DNA from: Candidatus Fermentibacterota bacterium
GTDB lineage: Bacteria > JAFGKV01
Direction of reading: 5' to 3'
DNA: 43,257 nt
NCBI GenBank assembly: GCA_016928395.1
Contig: JAFGKV010000072.1
Span: forward strand, 1 to 43,257
The position numbers were made by a program, and so were the translations under genes. The notes under the pieces are model-generated. The model was given only the letters and a program-made list of their open reading frames with translations. It ran no database searches and was not told the DNA's origin. Positions 1-9,969 of this stretch are shown here, piece after piece (position 1 is the stretch's first letter; each line of letters starts with the position of its first letter).

Positions 1-307
1 CCTCGGCTTCCTTCAAGAACCTGCGCACCGAACTCACGGCTCCTTTGTCCGTAACCCGCTGACGCGCACTTCCACCATTACTCCTAATGGCTTCCTGCCA
101 TCGGAATCCCGGTACTCACGCACAGATTCCGTCGAGGCGCCGGCAAGAATGGCCTGCATTCCTTCGCCAGGGGCACCCTCATTGCACGCCTCCATTCCGG
201 CTCGAGCCGCTACTCGGGGTGGGCATAGAGGCTCCGATACGTGCTCACAGGCTATCATGACCGCCCATGCGTTCGCCACGATAGGGATAGAGCCACCCGG
301 CGGGAGT

Positions 308-1345
308 CTACCGAAGAACGACCAATGTCGTGGCCTGGCGCGTCGTGCGGACTGTCGATACCATCAGGTAGATGCCCGGGTCCACGCGGCTGCCATCCTT
401 GCCACGCAGATCCCAGACGACTTCGCCCAACGCAGGCAGCAACTCGTGTATTCTCCGGCCCGTGAGATCGTAGACATCCACCGAGGCTCCGTCGACATCA
501 CCTGCGATACCGGCGAGGCGCACCGTGTGCCGGCAGGGATTCGGTGATACGGTGATTCCCAGAGCGTTCGGCTTCCCGGCAGGCAGGGCGTCACCCGGCC
601 CAAACCTATTGACCAACTCCCTGACACGCGCGGCGCATGCGACGTTACCCGCCCGGTTCATGTGATTGTCGGGTTCCGAGATCTCATACTCCGCGCGGAG
701 GGTGTTCTCGTCTGCTTGCCCGGCCGGCCTGGCAGTAAGGGCGAAGGCATTGAATCCAATGACATTTCCCCCTGTCGCATAGGAGGTCAGCCCCGTGTCC
801 GTATCCTCGAGCCATGCACCCCAAGCTCTTCCGCGAGCGCGGACTGCTGGCGGTGGGCAATTCTCGCCCTCCCGGTGATGCGGCACCGACGAACAATAGA
901 CGAGCTTCTGCTCGGGGTGGCTGTTGAAGTAACCCACGATGTCAGCGATGGAATGATCCTTCCATCCCTGGAGCACGGCATCGCTGGTCAGGTATTCCGT
1001 GGGGTAGAAGCATGACTTGATGATGATGATGTCCGCCGCCTTCGCGTCATCTGGCAGGCGGGCACCGTCATTGATGAAGAGGGCGCACAATCCCAGCCAC
1101 TCAGGGTCCCACTCGCAGTAGGGCGCATTGTCATCATCGTGCCAGTTGTCAGTGACCGTATGGCCGTCGCTCACCAGATCGGCTCTGAGGTTCCCTCCGC
1201 CCCAGTCGGGATCCCACTCGTCGTAGTCACGCAGCCAATTGTCGCCGGTCGATTGGTGGATGAAGTGGACATGGGCCGCCTCAACGCTGAAGCCAAGGGC
1301 TGCCAGGGTCACAAAGGCGATCAGCGTGATTCTCGTCGTAGTCAT
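308..1345 (-). CDS. Secreted SGNH/GDSL-like protein with C-terminal FlgD-Ig/T9SS-type sorting domain
   Basis: Signal peptide MTTTRITLIAFVTLAALGFSVEA; motifs FIHQSTG, KSCFYP and DNH; C-terminal SPNP..VYDLTGRRI..WD..G..V.PGIY; GGAGG RBS upstream. Confidence 0.8.
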   Translation of the reverse strand: MTTTRITLIAFVTLAALGFSVEAAHVHFIHQSTGDNWLRDYDEWDPDWGGGNLRADLVSDGHTVTDNWHDDDNAPYCEWDPEWLGLCALFINDGARLPDDAKAADIIIIKSCFYPTEYLTSDAVLQGWKDHSIADIVGYFNSHPEQKLVYCSSVPHHREGENCPPPAVRARGRAWGAWLEDTDTGLTSYATGGNVIGFNAFALTARPAGQADENTLRAEYEISEPDNHMNRAGNVACAARVRELVNRFGPGDALPAGKPNALGITVSPNPCRHTVRLAGIAGDVDGASVDVYDLTGRRIHELLPALGEVVWDLRGKDGSRVDPGIYLMVSTVRTTRQATTLVVLR

Positions 1346-1400
1346 TGCGGGGACCTCCTTCTACGATTGGGTTTGTTGCGCACGGGTTCTTCTCCACGGC

Positions 1401-3536
1401 CTAGCGCATTCGAATCACACGGGTCGTCGCAGTCGCACCGTCGGCGGTCTGCAGGCGAAGCGCATACACGCCGGCCGGAACGGGGACACCCGTGGCATCA
1501 GTGCCGTTCCATGTCGCGACATGGGCGCCTGAGCTGACAACACTCTGCTCCACAACGCGCATCTTCTCTCCAGCCAACGTGTAGACTCCCACCTCAATCG
1601 CGGTTGCCCGTGGCACCGAGTAGTGAAGTAGAGTCGTAGAGACAAACGGATTCGGTATGGGACGAGATAGCGTCGGTACGGCCGGCACGCCGTCAGTGTG
1701 CTCACCTGTCGGCGTCGAGGTGCTCATCACGAGACGATTCCCCGCCTTGTTCACCGTGAAGCCCGTGACCGTCACGATCCCCGTATCACTGGGGGTCGTC
1801 TGCCCGCTCTGGATGATCTCGTTGCCAGGGAGCTGGAGGTTGCGCCAGTAGCACTGCGTGCCAGGCGGTGGCAGGAACTGTTGGACCCGTCGCGTCGTCA
1901 CATCAACGGTGGCGCGATCCGGCACGGTCTCGAGTCCCGGCAACCCGGGATCGTACACGCGGAGCGTAACCTCCCAGCGGTCCGGCGTGTCGACGACGTC
2001 GCCCGCGAAATCGTTCCAGGGGCACGACCACTCCAAGCCGAAGTTGTAGTAGGCGAGGCTGTCGGGTACGACCAGGTTGAGAGAGGAGTTGGAAAAGGCC
2101 GGGAAACTGCGGTCTTTGCGGAAGGAAAAGCTGCCAAAAGTGAAGTTGGGGGTATCGAGGAAGCCCCACCAGGTGTGGTCGATGGGGAGGGCGGCGCCGG
2201 CCCACCCGTGGGTCCGACCCTCCATGATGTTGCACCACGGTTCTCCCTGGGTTTCCCAGTTGATAACGTCGTCGAGCGTGCCGTGGTAGGTCACGATGTA
2301 GGCCATATCGTCCCGCCACCGGTCCACCATGTTACCCTTATGGTTCATCCACTCCCAGACATTGGTGCCGTCGTAGTGCGCCAGATGGGCGGCATAGGAT
2401 CCCTCGTTGACGATTGGGAGGGCGTAAAACGGGATCCCCCATTTGGGCGCCACATCCGGGAACCACAACGCGCTGGTTACGAAGTCTGTCATGGGTTCGC
2501 TGCAGTAGACCGCGGCGAACACATTGGGGTAGCGCATGCCCAAGGCCAAAGCCCCGCTGCCTCCCATGGAGTGACCATAGGCATAGATGCGGTTCTCGTC
2601 CACGTTGAAGCGCGGGTCACGCATCACGTCGGGGATCGCCCTGAGCAGGCGCTGTTCCGTGAAGTTGCTGATGTGTCCCGATTCGGGCTGCGAGGAGAGC
2701 TCTCCCCAGACGTATTGCGGCCAGTCATCGCCCCATGAGTGATCTTTGGCGTAGCCATAGTACCAGGACTGGTGGGGATCGTCGCCCCAGACTTGAATGG
2801 CGGGCCATTCGTAGCCAGTGCCATTCGCATGATCTGTGAACGCATCGACGTATCGCGTGCCGTAGCCTTCGATGTGGAGATAGAGCGGATAGGCTGTTCC
2901 GGAATCATACCCATCCGGCAGGCTGAGGAAGTAGTTGTAGGCATAGCCGTCCATGGTGGGGTTCCAGTTCCGGAAGTCCATGAACTGGGTGAATACCATG
3001 GCGCGGCCGTTCGTTGACTGCCACACCATGACGGGCAGGGGATCGGCGACAGACTCCTGAATGCCCGTGGTCAGAGAGTTCTGCCCCGGTGTAATGGTGG
3101 CATCCTCTGATCCCTGATCGACGCTGGTCACCGCATAGAACGCCGACCCGGCCTCACCCTGATGAACGGTGAACACGAACAGTCCCTGAGTGTTCTCCAG
3201 CTCCGGGCCCAGATCGGTGAGAATGAAATTCTGCTGCATCGGAGTGAGGCCGTAGTCGCTCATCCACCGTTCCGTCAGATACATCGCCGAGGAGTCAGGG
3301 ATCTGCGCCACCTGGGTGGCGGACGCGAGGTTGGACGAGGTGATGGGAGACGTATGCCGGTAGACCCGGTAGTATTCGTTCCCCGCGCCGGGAAGCTCCC
3401 GCCAGGTCAGGAATGTCTGGCCGGATCGATGGAACGCAACCAGCTCGGTGGGTGTCTGGGCTGCAGCCTGTTGCAGAAGGGCCAGCAGGCCAAGGGCAGC
3501 CAGCGAGTTCAGGGTGGTCTTTCTTGTGCGGGGCAT
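1401..3536 (-). CDS. Secreted alpha/beta hydrolase (esterase/peptidase-like) with C-terminal FlgD-Ig/T9SS-type domain
   Basis: Start moved to ATG 3536 (GGAGGT at 3541-3546; signal peptide MPRTRK...LLQQAAA); nucleophile elbow GHSMGG; HGTLD and DH motifs; CTD PNPF..VYTLAG..WNGTD..GVY. Confidence 0.85.
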   Translation of the reverse strand: MPRTRKTTLNSLAALGLLALLQQAAAQTPTELVAFHRSGQTFLTWRELPGAGNEYYRVYRHTSPITSSNLASATQVAQIPDSSAMYLTERWMSDYGLTPMQQNFILTDLGPELENTQGLFVFTVHQGEAGSAFYAVTSVDQGSEDATITPGQNSLTTGIQESVADPLPVMVWQSTNGRAMVFTQFMDFRNWNPTMDGYAYNYFLSLPDGYDSGTAYPLYLHIEGYGTRYVDAFTDHANGTGYEWPAIQVWGDDPHQSWYYGYAKDHSWGDDWPQYVWGELSSQPESGHISNFTEQRLLRAIPDVMRDPRFNVDENRIYAYGHSMGGSGALALGMRYPNVFAAVYCSEPMTDFVTSALWFPDVAPKWGIPFYALPIVNEGSYAAHLAHYDGTNVWEWMNHKGNMVDRWRDDMAYIVTYHGTLDDVINWETQGEPWCNIMEGRTHGWAGAALPIDHTWWGFLDTPNFTFGSFSFRKDRSFPAFSNSSLNLVVPDSLAYYNFGLEWSCPWNDFAGDVVDTPDRWEVTLRVYDPGLPGLETVPDRATVDVTTRRVQQFLPPPGTQCYWRNLQLPGNEIIQSGQTTPSDTGIVTVTGFTVNKAGNRLVMSTSTPTGEHTDGVPAVPTLSRPIPNPFVSTTLLHYSVPRATAIEVGVYTLAGEKMRVVEQSVVSSGAHVATWNGTDATGVPVPAGVYALRLQTADGATATTRVIRMR

Positions 3537-3568
3537 GGCAACCTCCATGTGTGTGGGACCGTCGCTCC

Positions 3569-5125
3569 TCAGGGAATGTTGCCGCCGAAATCGGTTTCGC
3601 CAACGATGTTGGATTCCGGGGAGACCTGACCGGCAGCGCCGGCGACGCCCCGGTAGTAGTAGTTGACGCTGGGATCTCCGATGCCGGTGCCGAACGTGTA
3701 CTGGGTGGCTGGCGCGAGAACCACCATCCAGGGAGTGGCGGCACCGGCGTGGAAATAGGGCACGGTGTTTCGGTGGAGATGGTAGGCGGTCGCGCCGGGA
3801 ATCGAATTCCACCAGAGGCGGGCGGACGAGGGGCTGAGCAGCTCTAGATGAAGTTCCATGGCCGGCAAGCCGGGCAGATCGTCCCACTCGTAGGCGTAGG
3901 CCGAGCCGGAGTACGTCCCGTTGGGATTGTCTTGCGGCGCTCCTGCAAGGATCCGCGTCGCGATGCTGACGGACATGCCGAAGCAATCCCCGGCAGCGCC
4001 GTCATTCGGTGTTCGTTTCGCGTGAGATGACCACGTCGAACCATCACGGGAGAAGGAGTAGATGGCTCCCGAGCCGTCACCATTGGCGTCTTCCCCGTGG
4101 GCACCAACGATGACGTGGGTTCCCAGCCCATCCATGCTGACTGACCAGCCGAACAGGTCCCATGCAGCGGCATCGGGGGCAGTGAGCTTCGCCTGCTGGC
4201 TCCAGCTCCCGGCGGAGTAGTAGTAGACAAACGCGGTGCCGGAACTGCCGCCGCCATCATCGTCACGGGGCGCACCGACGATGACGTGGGAACCGATGGC
4301 CGATACCGCCACCGCACGCCCGAACTCGTCGCTGGAGGTGCCATCAGAGGCCTGGAGCGCTCCCGATGGATTCCAGCTCGATCCGCTCAGCAAGAACACC
4401 CGGGCCGATCCCTGATCCTCATTGCTTCCGATGCGATCGCCGGGCGCTCCCACGATGGCCACGCTGCCCAACCCTGAGATGGCAACCGAATAGCCGAAGT
4501 GGTCGCCCTCGGCGGGGTAGGCATTGGAGAGCTCGGCTTCCTGGACCCAGGTGGTACCCGTGGTCCGTCGAAAGACGTAGGCCGACCCAGAATCCTCACC
4601 ATGCTCATCGTCATACGGCGCACCGATGAGCGCGTAGTCCACACCCGCGACAGACGAGATGGAGACCGAGGTGCCGAACTCGTCATACGCCTTCCAGGAA
4701 TCCGTGGGAATGAGCTTGGCCTGTTGACTCCAGGTGGTACCGCTCCGCTTGAATATGTACGCTGCTCCTGCTCCCGTCCCCGTGCTCCACTCCTGCGGCG
4801 CGCCGACAATAGCGTAGTCACCGCAGATGGCCACGGAATGGCCGAAAAGGACACCAGGCTCGCCATCGGAGGCGGTGAGTTTGGCCTGCTGAGTCCACGT
4901 GCCGCTGCCGCGGTAGTAGATGTAGGCCGAGCCCTGGTTGTTATTGCCGTTCACCTGATCTTGGGGCGCGCCGATGATGGCGTAGTCGCCGTTGGTCGCC
5001 ACTGACCAGCCGAACCGGTCATTCGCGGCGCCATCGCTGGGATCCAGCTTCTGCTCAACGGCGTGGGCCGCACCGACGAGGATCAGGGTGATGAGCACTG
5101 CGAGATACGAACGCGAGGCCTGCAT
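3569..5125 (-). CDS. Secreted FG-GAP repeat beta-propeller protein with C-terminal FN3-like domain
   Basis: Signal peptide; seven repeats of FG.SVA..G...IVGAP....GSAYVF....W.QQAKL; about 95-aa terminal domain ending SNIVGETDF. Confidence 0.9.
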   Translation of the reverse strand: MQASRSYLAVLITLILVGAAHAVEQKLDPSDGAANDRFGWSVATNGDYAIIGAPQDQVNGNNNQGSAYIYYRGSGTWTQQAKLTASDGEPGVLFGHSVAICGDYAIVGAPQEWSTGTGAGAAYIFKRSGTTWSQQAKLIPTDSWKAYDEFGTSVSISSVAGVDYALIGAPYDDEHGEDSGSAYVFRRTTGTTWVQEAELSNAYPAEGDHFGYSVAISGLGSVAIVGAPGDRIGSNEDQGSARVFLLSGSSWNPSGALQASDGTSSDEFGRAVAVSAIGSHVIVGAPRDDDGGGSSGTAFVYYYSAGSWSQQAKLTAPDAAAWDLFGWSVSMDGLGTHVIVGAHGEDANGDGSGAIYSFSRDGSTWSSHAKRTPNDGAAGDCFGMSVSIATRILAGAPQDNPNGTYSGSAYAYEWDDLPGLPAMELHLELLSPSSARLWWNSIPGATAYHLHRNTVPYFHAGAATPWMVVLAPATQYTFGTGIGDPSVNYYYRGVAGAAGQVSPESNIVGETDFGGNIP

Positions 5126-5242
5126 GGGTCTCCTCCGTGTGGATGGATGCGACGTGGCACATGAGCGCCATCACCAGGCCCCACGCGCAGCCCTCGAACA
5201 CAATCGGGTTTCGCTTGAACAGAGCGGGGGCCACTACACTAA

Positions 5243-5285
5243 AGAATATTCGCCCCGCTCAGATTTTTCTCAGATTCCGCGCAGA
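5243..5285 (-). promoter_or_regulatory. Direct-repeat operator/promoter copy 1 (TCTGAG-N5-TCTGAG-N9-TATTCT)
   Basis: On + strand: CTCAGA 5258-63, CTCAGA 5269-74, CGCAGA 5280-85 (11-bp period); -10-like TATTCT at 5243-48; upstream of the FG-GAP gene. Confidence 0.7.
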
Positions 5286-5547
5286 AATGGGCGGGAAGGG
5301 GGAGAGAGGGCCTCCCAAGAGACGATGGCTCGGGCGCGTCCCCAGCGGTCGACCCAGTGGAGGTAGCCGGCCTTGGTCTCACGGAGCAAGGTGCGCGATG
5401 ACAGCAGTGACTGGCCTTTCATATAGGGCATGTCATATGTTGGACTAGCCCTCTACGGACGCGCGCGTCTCGCGCGAGAGTGGCGATGTGGCGCGGCCCG
5501 TCGCGCGGGCGGAGAACGGGCTAACGCTCGGCTCTGGTCGCCCGCTC

Positions 5548-7200
5548 CTACTGCGACAGGATCAGCACGCTGGCGTCGGATGCGGAAGGCATGAGCCCCT
5601 GGGAGGATTCCAGGCTGCACAGATAGACTCCCGCTGAGACCGGGCATCCTTGCTCGTCTCTCCCGTCCCACACGGCCTCGTGCCGGCCACTGCTTTGAGG
5701 CAGCGGAAGGGCGCACAGCCTCCGGCCCCCCAGATCATAGATTCCTACCCGCGCATCCTCGTGTGCCGCAGGAAGCAAGCAGGAGATGGTGGTGGGGCCG
5801 CGGGATGGCACCGGATACGCACGCAGGTCCGGTGAGGCCTCCCCCAACTGGAAGTCCCGACAATCGAACTCCAGGGTCTGGAGGAGGATCATCCCGCCCT
5901 TGGCCTCAACGGTGACGGATCCGGAGACGGTCACGAAGGCCAGCGAGTCATTGAAGACGCCGTCTTCGCCGATGTCGATCTGAGGATCGTCGACCAGATC
6001 AGCCACGTCGATGGCGTGGTACTCGCAGTCCAAGGGCACAATGACGGGATTCCATGTCGGGTTCAACAGCACCCGGCCATTCTCGTACTGGCGCTCATAC
6101 ACGCCCAAAGACGGCACCCAGAGATCGTCGATGTCCAGCGGTATCCCGCTTTGGTAGGCGCCCAGCTCGACGGTGCACTCGGGAAAGAAGATGAGCCGCC
6201 CCCAGAAGCTCTCACCGAACACCAGGTTGTAGTAGGTTCGCTCGCCCTTGATCAGCAGATAGTTGGCCAGGCTGTACATCCGTTCGAGACCCGCCCATTC
6301 ATCCTCGACGATGGCCTGGCAGATCACGACCTTGTCCCGGCGCTCCAGGTCGAGCAGACGGTTCATCTGGAGCTTCCAGTCCTCGATGTCATAGAGATCC
6401 CACGGCCCGGGAGATCCGAACATCTCGACCATGACCCCGTCGACAAAGGCTCCGTAGTCGGTCGTGTCACGGGAGGTGATCCACGGCCCCACATTGGGCA
6501 CGTAGTAGAAATGCTCCGGCTGGTTGTGCAGGTGGGTCAAGGCGTGATTCCCGAAGACCTCCATGTGATGAATCCACACCACATCATCGGGCGGCAGCAA
6601 CCACGAGGGGGTGTAGTCCAGATTCCAGGGGAAGCAGTGCGAATCAGCGAACACACCGTCGCAGTTGGTGGAGCGAAGCTGATCAACCACGCTTGAGGCC
6701 CAGTACTCCTTCCATCCTGCGGTGGTGTTGCCGTTGGCCTCCCCCGAAATGTCCATCAGGTACCAGCCCCAGTCCTGCTGCATGATTCTTCCGCCGGGAT
6801 TGGGCGATGCGGCGTCGGTGATGAACCAGTCGGTATGCGGATCCACCACATCCCAATCATTGACCCAGTCATTGCCCACCAGGTACGCGGCCAGGTTTTC
6901 GTAGGTGCCGAAGGCCAGGCGGTAGTTGAGGACCATGAAGTCGTCGTTGTAGGCCCGGATCGCGTTGACCAGATCCAGGGGGATCTTCTGGCATCCGACG
7001 TAGTGGTTCGCCAGGAAGTCCCGCTGTTCCGCCGTCAGGCTATAGGGCGGCTGATCGTAGAAGATGTGGATGCCGTGGCGCGTATCGGGGAACTGCCGGG
7101 CTTGCCCATGGGCCGTCGCCCATGGGAACCCAATGAGTGTCATGAGCAGCAATGCTGAAAAGGCGCGGGAGCACGAGCGGAGGGTTGTTCGATTCTGCAT
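5548..7200 (-). CDS. Secreted putative glycoside hydrolase (GHL15-like TIM barrel) with FlgD-Ig/T9SS-type CTD
   Basis: Start moved to ATG 7200 just after the upstream stop; signal peptide; MDIS..WKEYW..CDGVFADS and DGVMVEMF motifs; CTD YPVP..IYDLGGR..WDGRD..SAGVY. Confidence 0.75.
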   Translation of the reverse strand: MQNRTTLRSCSRAFSALLLMTLIGFPWATAHGQARQFPDTRHGIHIFYDQPPYSLTAEQRDFLANHYVGCQKIPLDLVNAIRAYNDDFMVLNYRLAFGTYENLAAYLVGNDWVNDWDVVDPHTDWFITDAASPNPGGRIMQQDWGWYLMDISGEANGNTTAGWKEYWASSVVDQLRSTNCDGVFADSHCFPWNLDYTPSWLLPPDDVVWIHHMEVFGNHALTHLHNQPEHFYYVPNVGPWITSRDTTDYGAFVDGVMVEMFGSPGPWDLYDIEDWKLQMNRLLDLERRDKVVICQAIVEDEWAGLERMYSLANYLLIKGERTYYNLVFGESFWGRLIFFPECTVELGAYQSGIPLDIDDLWVPSLGVYERQYENGRVLLNPTWNPVIVPLDCEYHAIDVADLVDDPQIDIGEDGVFNDSLAFVTVSGSVTVEAKGGMILLQTLEFDCRDFQLGEASPDLRAYPVPSRGPTTISCLLPAAHEDARVGIYDLGGRRLCALPLPQSSGRHEAVWDGRDEQGCPVSAGVYLCSLESSQGLMPSASDASVLILSQ

Positions 7201-7211
7201 GGAAAGCCTCG

Positions 7212-9404
7212 CTATCGCACGATGATGAGTGTGCCGTCGGTCTCGGCGGTGCCGACCGCGACGCGGTAATGATACGCTCCCGGCGGCAGATGCCCGACGT
7301 TCCATCGCAGGGTGTGCTCGCCGGCACCGTGTGAGCCGCTATCGAATTGGTCCACCAGCCGTCCCGCCACGTCATACGCATGCAGTGTCACGAGTCCGGA
7401 CACGCCGAGAGTGAGCGATAGCTCGGCCCTTTGCGTCGCAGGATTGGGGCTGCAGTGCTTCACCATCAGGTGGCATGGTTTGGCATTGCCGGACTCATCG
7501 ACCACGGTCGCATCATACTCGTAGATGGAAAGCCCGCCTGAGCCGTCAGCCATGTAGAGCATCGAACCGTCAAGCGTTACCCGGTAGCCGAAATCGGTAC
7601 CGGAAGCCGATGAATCCAACCAGGGGTCGAGCGGGTCAGACACGTCGATGACGAGAGGCCCTCCACCTGAGCCGACGAACAGTCTATCACCCACCAAAGC
7701 TACTCCGTAGCATGCGGAGATGCCCTCCAAGGAAGCAACCTCCCATGGCCGCTCGGGATCCGACACGTCAATGACGCGGATACCATCCATCCAGTCGGCC
7801 ACGAACACGAGCCCTTCCGCAACCGCCACACCGAAGGCAATGCCGGGGGTGTCGGCAATGCCGACGCAGTCAGGCGATGCCGGATCACTGACATCCACCA
7901 CCATCAACCCCGCTTCCTGCGCTGCCAGATACGCGAAGTCGCCCCTGAGCGAGACGCCCCAGGCAGTGCCGTCGACTTCGCAGACACCCACTTGGGCCGG
8001 GGCGGAGGGATCCGAAACGTCGATGATGCGCAGGTCTCCGCTTCCACATGCCAGGAAGGCCATCTCGTCCCTCATTACGACCTGATAGCCTCCGCCGCCG
8101 GGAAGATCCAATTGAGACAGCACCCTGGGGAGGACAGGGTTGGAGACATCGATGATCACGAAGTCCAGGTTCTCATCAGCGACGTAGAGGAGATCACCCG
8201 CGGCGAACACATCGTAGGCCCGGCCTCCGGTCGACACCTTACTCACACGCTCGGGCGCCCAGGGATCGGTTCGATCGATGACCCACACACCGCCCGGCCC
8301 GTCAGCCACGTATGCGTAGTCCCCCTGCACCGCCACCCCGATCGCCGTGCCGCCGGTCTCATGTCGCCCGAGAATCGTGGGGCTCGCGGGTTCCGTGACG
8401 TCCACGATGAGCCCGCCACCCTCCTCGCAGGATACGAACAGGCGGCTGCCGTCCACCGTGAGATCGCAGGCGACTCCCTGAGTGGCGATAGAGCCCACCA
8501 GGATCGGAGCGGTCGGGTCTGAAACGTCGACGGTCGTGAGTCCGACCCATCCGTCCGCCACGAACGCGTGGTCTCCAACCACCACGACGTCGTTCGCCCA
8601 GCTCTGAGTGCCGATCGCGCCGATCTGCTGGGGATCCGAGGGATCGCTCGCATCGAAGACCAGGAGACCCCCGGTGCCATCCGCGACGTAGAGGATCGAA
8701 CCTTCGACGGTGACCCCGAGGGGATAGCCCCCCGTTTCGATCTCCCGCACGATCTGCGGCGCGCTCGGGTTGCTGATGTCGAGCACAATCAGCGAATTCT
8801 CGCCCGCCAGGAACAGGCAGTCGCCAAGCGCCGCCATGTCGTCGATGTGTCCCGGAGCGCTGCAGGAGCCTATGATCGCCGGGTTCACGGGATCCGTCAC
8901 ATCCAGGACGTAGAGCGACCATGATGAGCCGATGAACACGTGGTCGCCGCGCGTCAAGATGCTGAGTGCATAGGCCGCAGCGTCGATCTGGCTCACGACC
9001 ACCGGAGCCACGGGATTGCTCGCGTCAACAACCAAGAAGCCGCCCTCATAGGCGGCGAGAAACACATAACCGTCATGCTGATCGATGGCGTTGACCACCG
9101 AGGGAGTCAATACGCGGCCAAGAAGGGCCGGATTGGCACCATCAGACACGTCCACCGCGTCCAGATAACCACCGTTGCCAACGTAGGCGATGTCTCCCGC
9201 GGTGGACATCGCATAGCACGGCCCTTCGGCCCATCGGCCGGCGTACGTCAAGGCGCCTTGCGGGCTCATCGCTCCTTTGCCGATCTCTTGCGAGACACTT
9301 CGCGGTGGCGTCGAGAAGCCTCGACTTGTGTCGCCAGGCGGAGGATCCGCCAGAACGGCAGCTGAAGCTATCGCAAGACCCATGATTGTCGATACCACGC
9401 GCAT
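7212..9404 (-). CDS. Secreted LVIVD-repeat beta-propeller protein with T9SS-type CTD
   Basis: ATG 9404 with AAGGAG RBS; about 14 repeats of V.V.G.YAYVA....GL.V.DVSDP..P...G; CTD SPNP..YDVAGRLV..LPPGAY. Confidence 0.9.
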   Translation of the reverse strand: MRVVSTIMGLAIASAAVLADPPPGDTSRGFSTPPRSVSQEIGKGAMSPQGALTYAGRWAEGPCYAMSTAGDIAYVGNGGYLDAVDVSDGANPALLGRVLTPSVVNAIDQHDGYVFLAAYEGGFLVVDASNPVAPVVVSQIDAAAYALSILTRGDHVFIGSSWSLYVLDVTDPVNPAIIGSCSAPGHIDDMAALGDCLFLAGENSLIVLDISNPSAPQIVREIETGGYPLGVTVEGSILYVADGTGGLLVFDASDPSDPQQIGAIGTQSWANDVVVVGDHAFVADGWVGLTTVDVSDPTAPILVGSIATQGVACDLTVDGSRLFVSCEEGGGLIVDVTEPASPTILGRHETGGTAIGVAVQGDYAYVADGPGGVWVIDRTDPWAPERVSKVSTGGRAYDVFAAGDLLYVADENLDFVIIDVSNPVLPRVLSQLDLPGGGGYQVVMRDEMAFLACGSGDLRIIDVSDPSAPAQVGVCEVDGTAWGVSLRGDFAYLAAQEAGLMVVDVSDPASPDCVGIADTPGIAFGVAVAEGLVFVADWMDGIRVIDVSDPERPWEVASLEGISACYGVALVGDRLFVGSGGGPLVIDVSDPLDPWLDSSASGTDFGYRVTLDGSMLYMADGSGGLSIYEYDATVVDESGNAKPCHLMVKHCSPNPATQRAELSLTLGVSGLVTLHAYDVAGRLVDQFDSGSHGAGEHTLRWNVGHLPPGAYHYRVAVGTAETDGTLIIVR

Positions 9405-9466
9405 CGTTCGCTCCTTCCCGGTACGGTTTACGCATTCACGCCCGAACATTCAGGTGCATGCCCTCA

Positions 9467-9509
9467 AAGATACGTCGCTCGCTCAGATTTTTCTCAGACT
9501 CCGCTCAAC
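9467..9509 (-). promoter_or_regulatory. Direct-repeat operator/promoter copy 2 (TCTGAG-N5-TCTGAG-N9-TATCTT)
   Basis: CTCAGA 9482-87, CTCAGA 9493-98, CTCAAC 9504-09; -10-like TATCTT at 9467-72; upstream of the LVIVD gene. Confidence 0.7.
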
Positions 9510-9704
9510 GTGTTTGCGGAGTCATCCCATTGCGCCGGCATCTCCCGTGGAGCCACGGCCGACCCTCTGTCGTGCCTCAGGGCCTTCCGACCCTTCCTTC
9601 TGTCGAGAACGGCATGACCCCGGCGTCGTTGGACACCGGCCCCAGCGTGGAGCCATTGTCGCCTCGGACGCGGAAGAAGGCAACCCCACCCGGCCACGGG
9701 GGGA

Positions 9705-9786
9705 TGGACGACTGGATGAATGGATGGGTGGATGACTGGACTTACCCTCTCCCTCCATTCCACTATTCCAGTATTCCATCTTTCCA
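9705..9786. repeat. Inverted array of 8-bp TGGA-nnnn / nnnn-TCCA units
   Basis: TGGACGAC TGGATGAA TGGATGGG TGGATGAC TGGA, spacer, then TCCATTCC ACTATTCC AGTATTCC ATCTTTCC A. Confidence 0.7.
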
Positions 9787-9879
9787 GCTCTCGGCTCCGA
9801 TTGCGATACCGCCAGCTGCCTGAAGGCCGCCGACCTGCAGCCACAGCCGACAGCCCGGAGCGTTCCAGCCCTCCCCCAA

Positions 9880-9933
9880 ATCATGCATTCTCCCGTCAGA
9901 CTTTTCTTAGACCTCTCTCATAGTCTGCCAAGA
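9880..9933 (-). promoter_or_regulatory. Degenerate direct-repeat operator/promoter copy (TCTAAG-N5-TCTGAC-N9-CATGAT)
   Basis: GTCAGA 9895-9900, CTTAGA 9906-11, CTCATA 9917-22, CCAAGA 9928-33 at 11-bp period; same 9-bp spacing to a -10-like hexamer. Confidence 0.5.
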
Positions 9934-9969
9934 GGCACTATTCTCATGAGGCTCTTGCAGAACTCCTCC

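Noticed and set aside
1-279. 81-aa ORF 34-279 and a possible truncated minus-strand gene starting at GTG 37
   Set aside because: No recognisable motifs and too little sequence at the window edge to support either
3537-3986. N-terminal extension of the 861-aa ORF (likewise extensions to 7305, 9449, 18463, 27163, 30895 and 40086)
   Set aside because: They overlap neighbouring genes or promoters or precede the signal peptide; the downstream starts mostly have clear RBSs and give sensible N-termini
9705-9786. CRISPR array
   Set aside because: Units are 8 bp with no unique spacers and no cas genes
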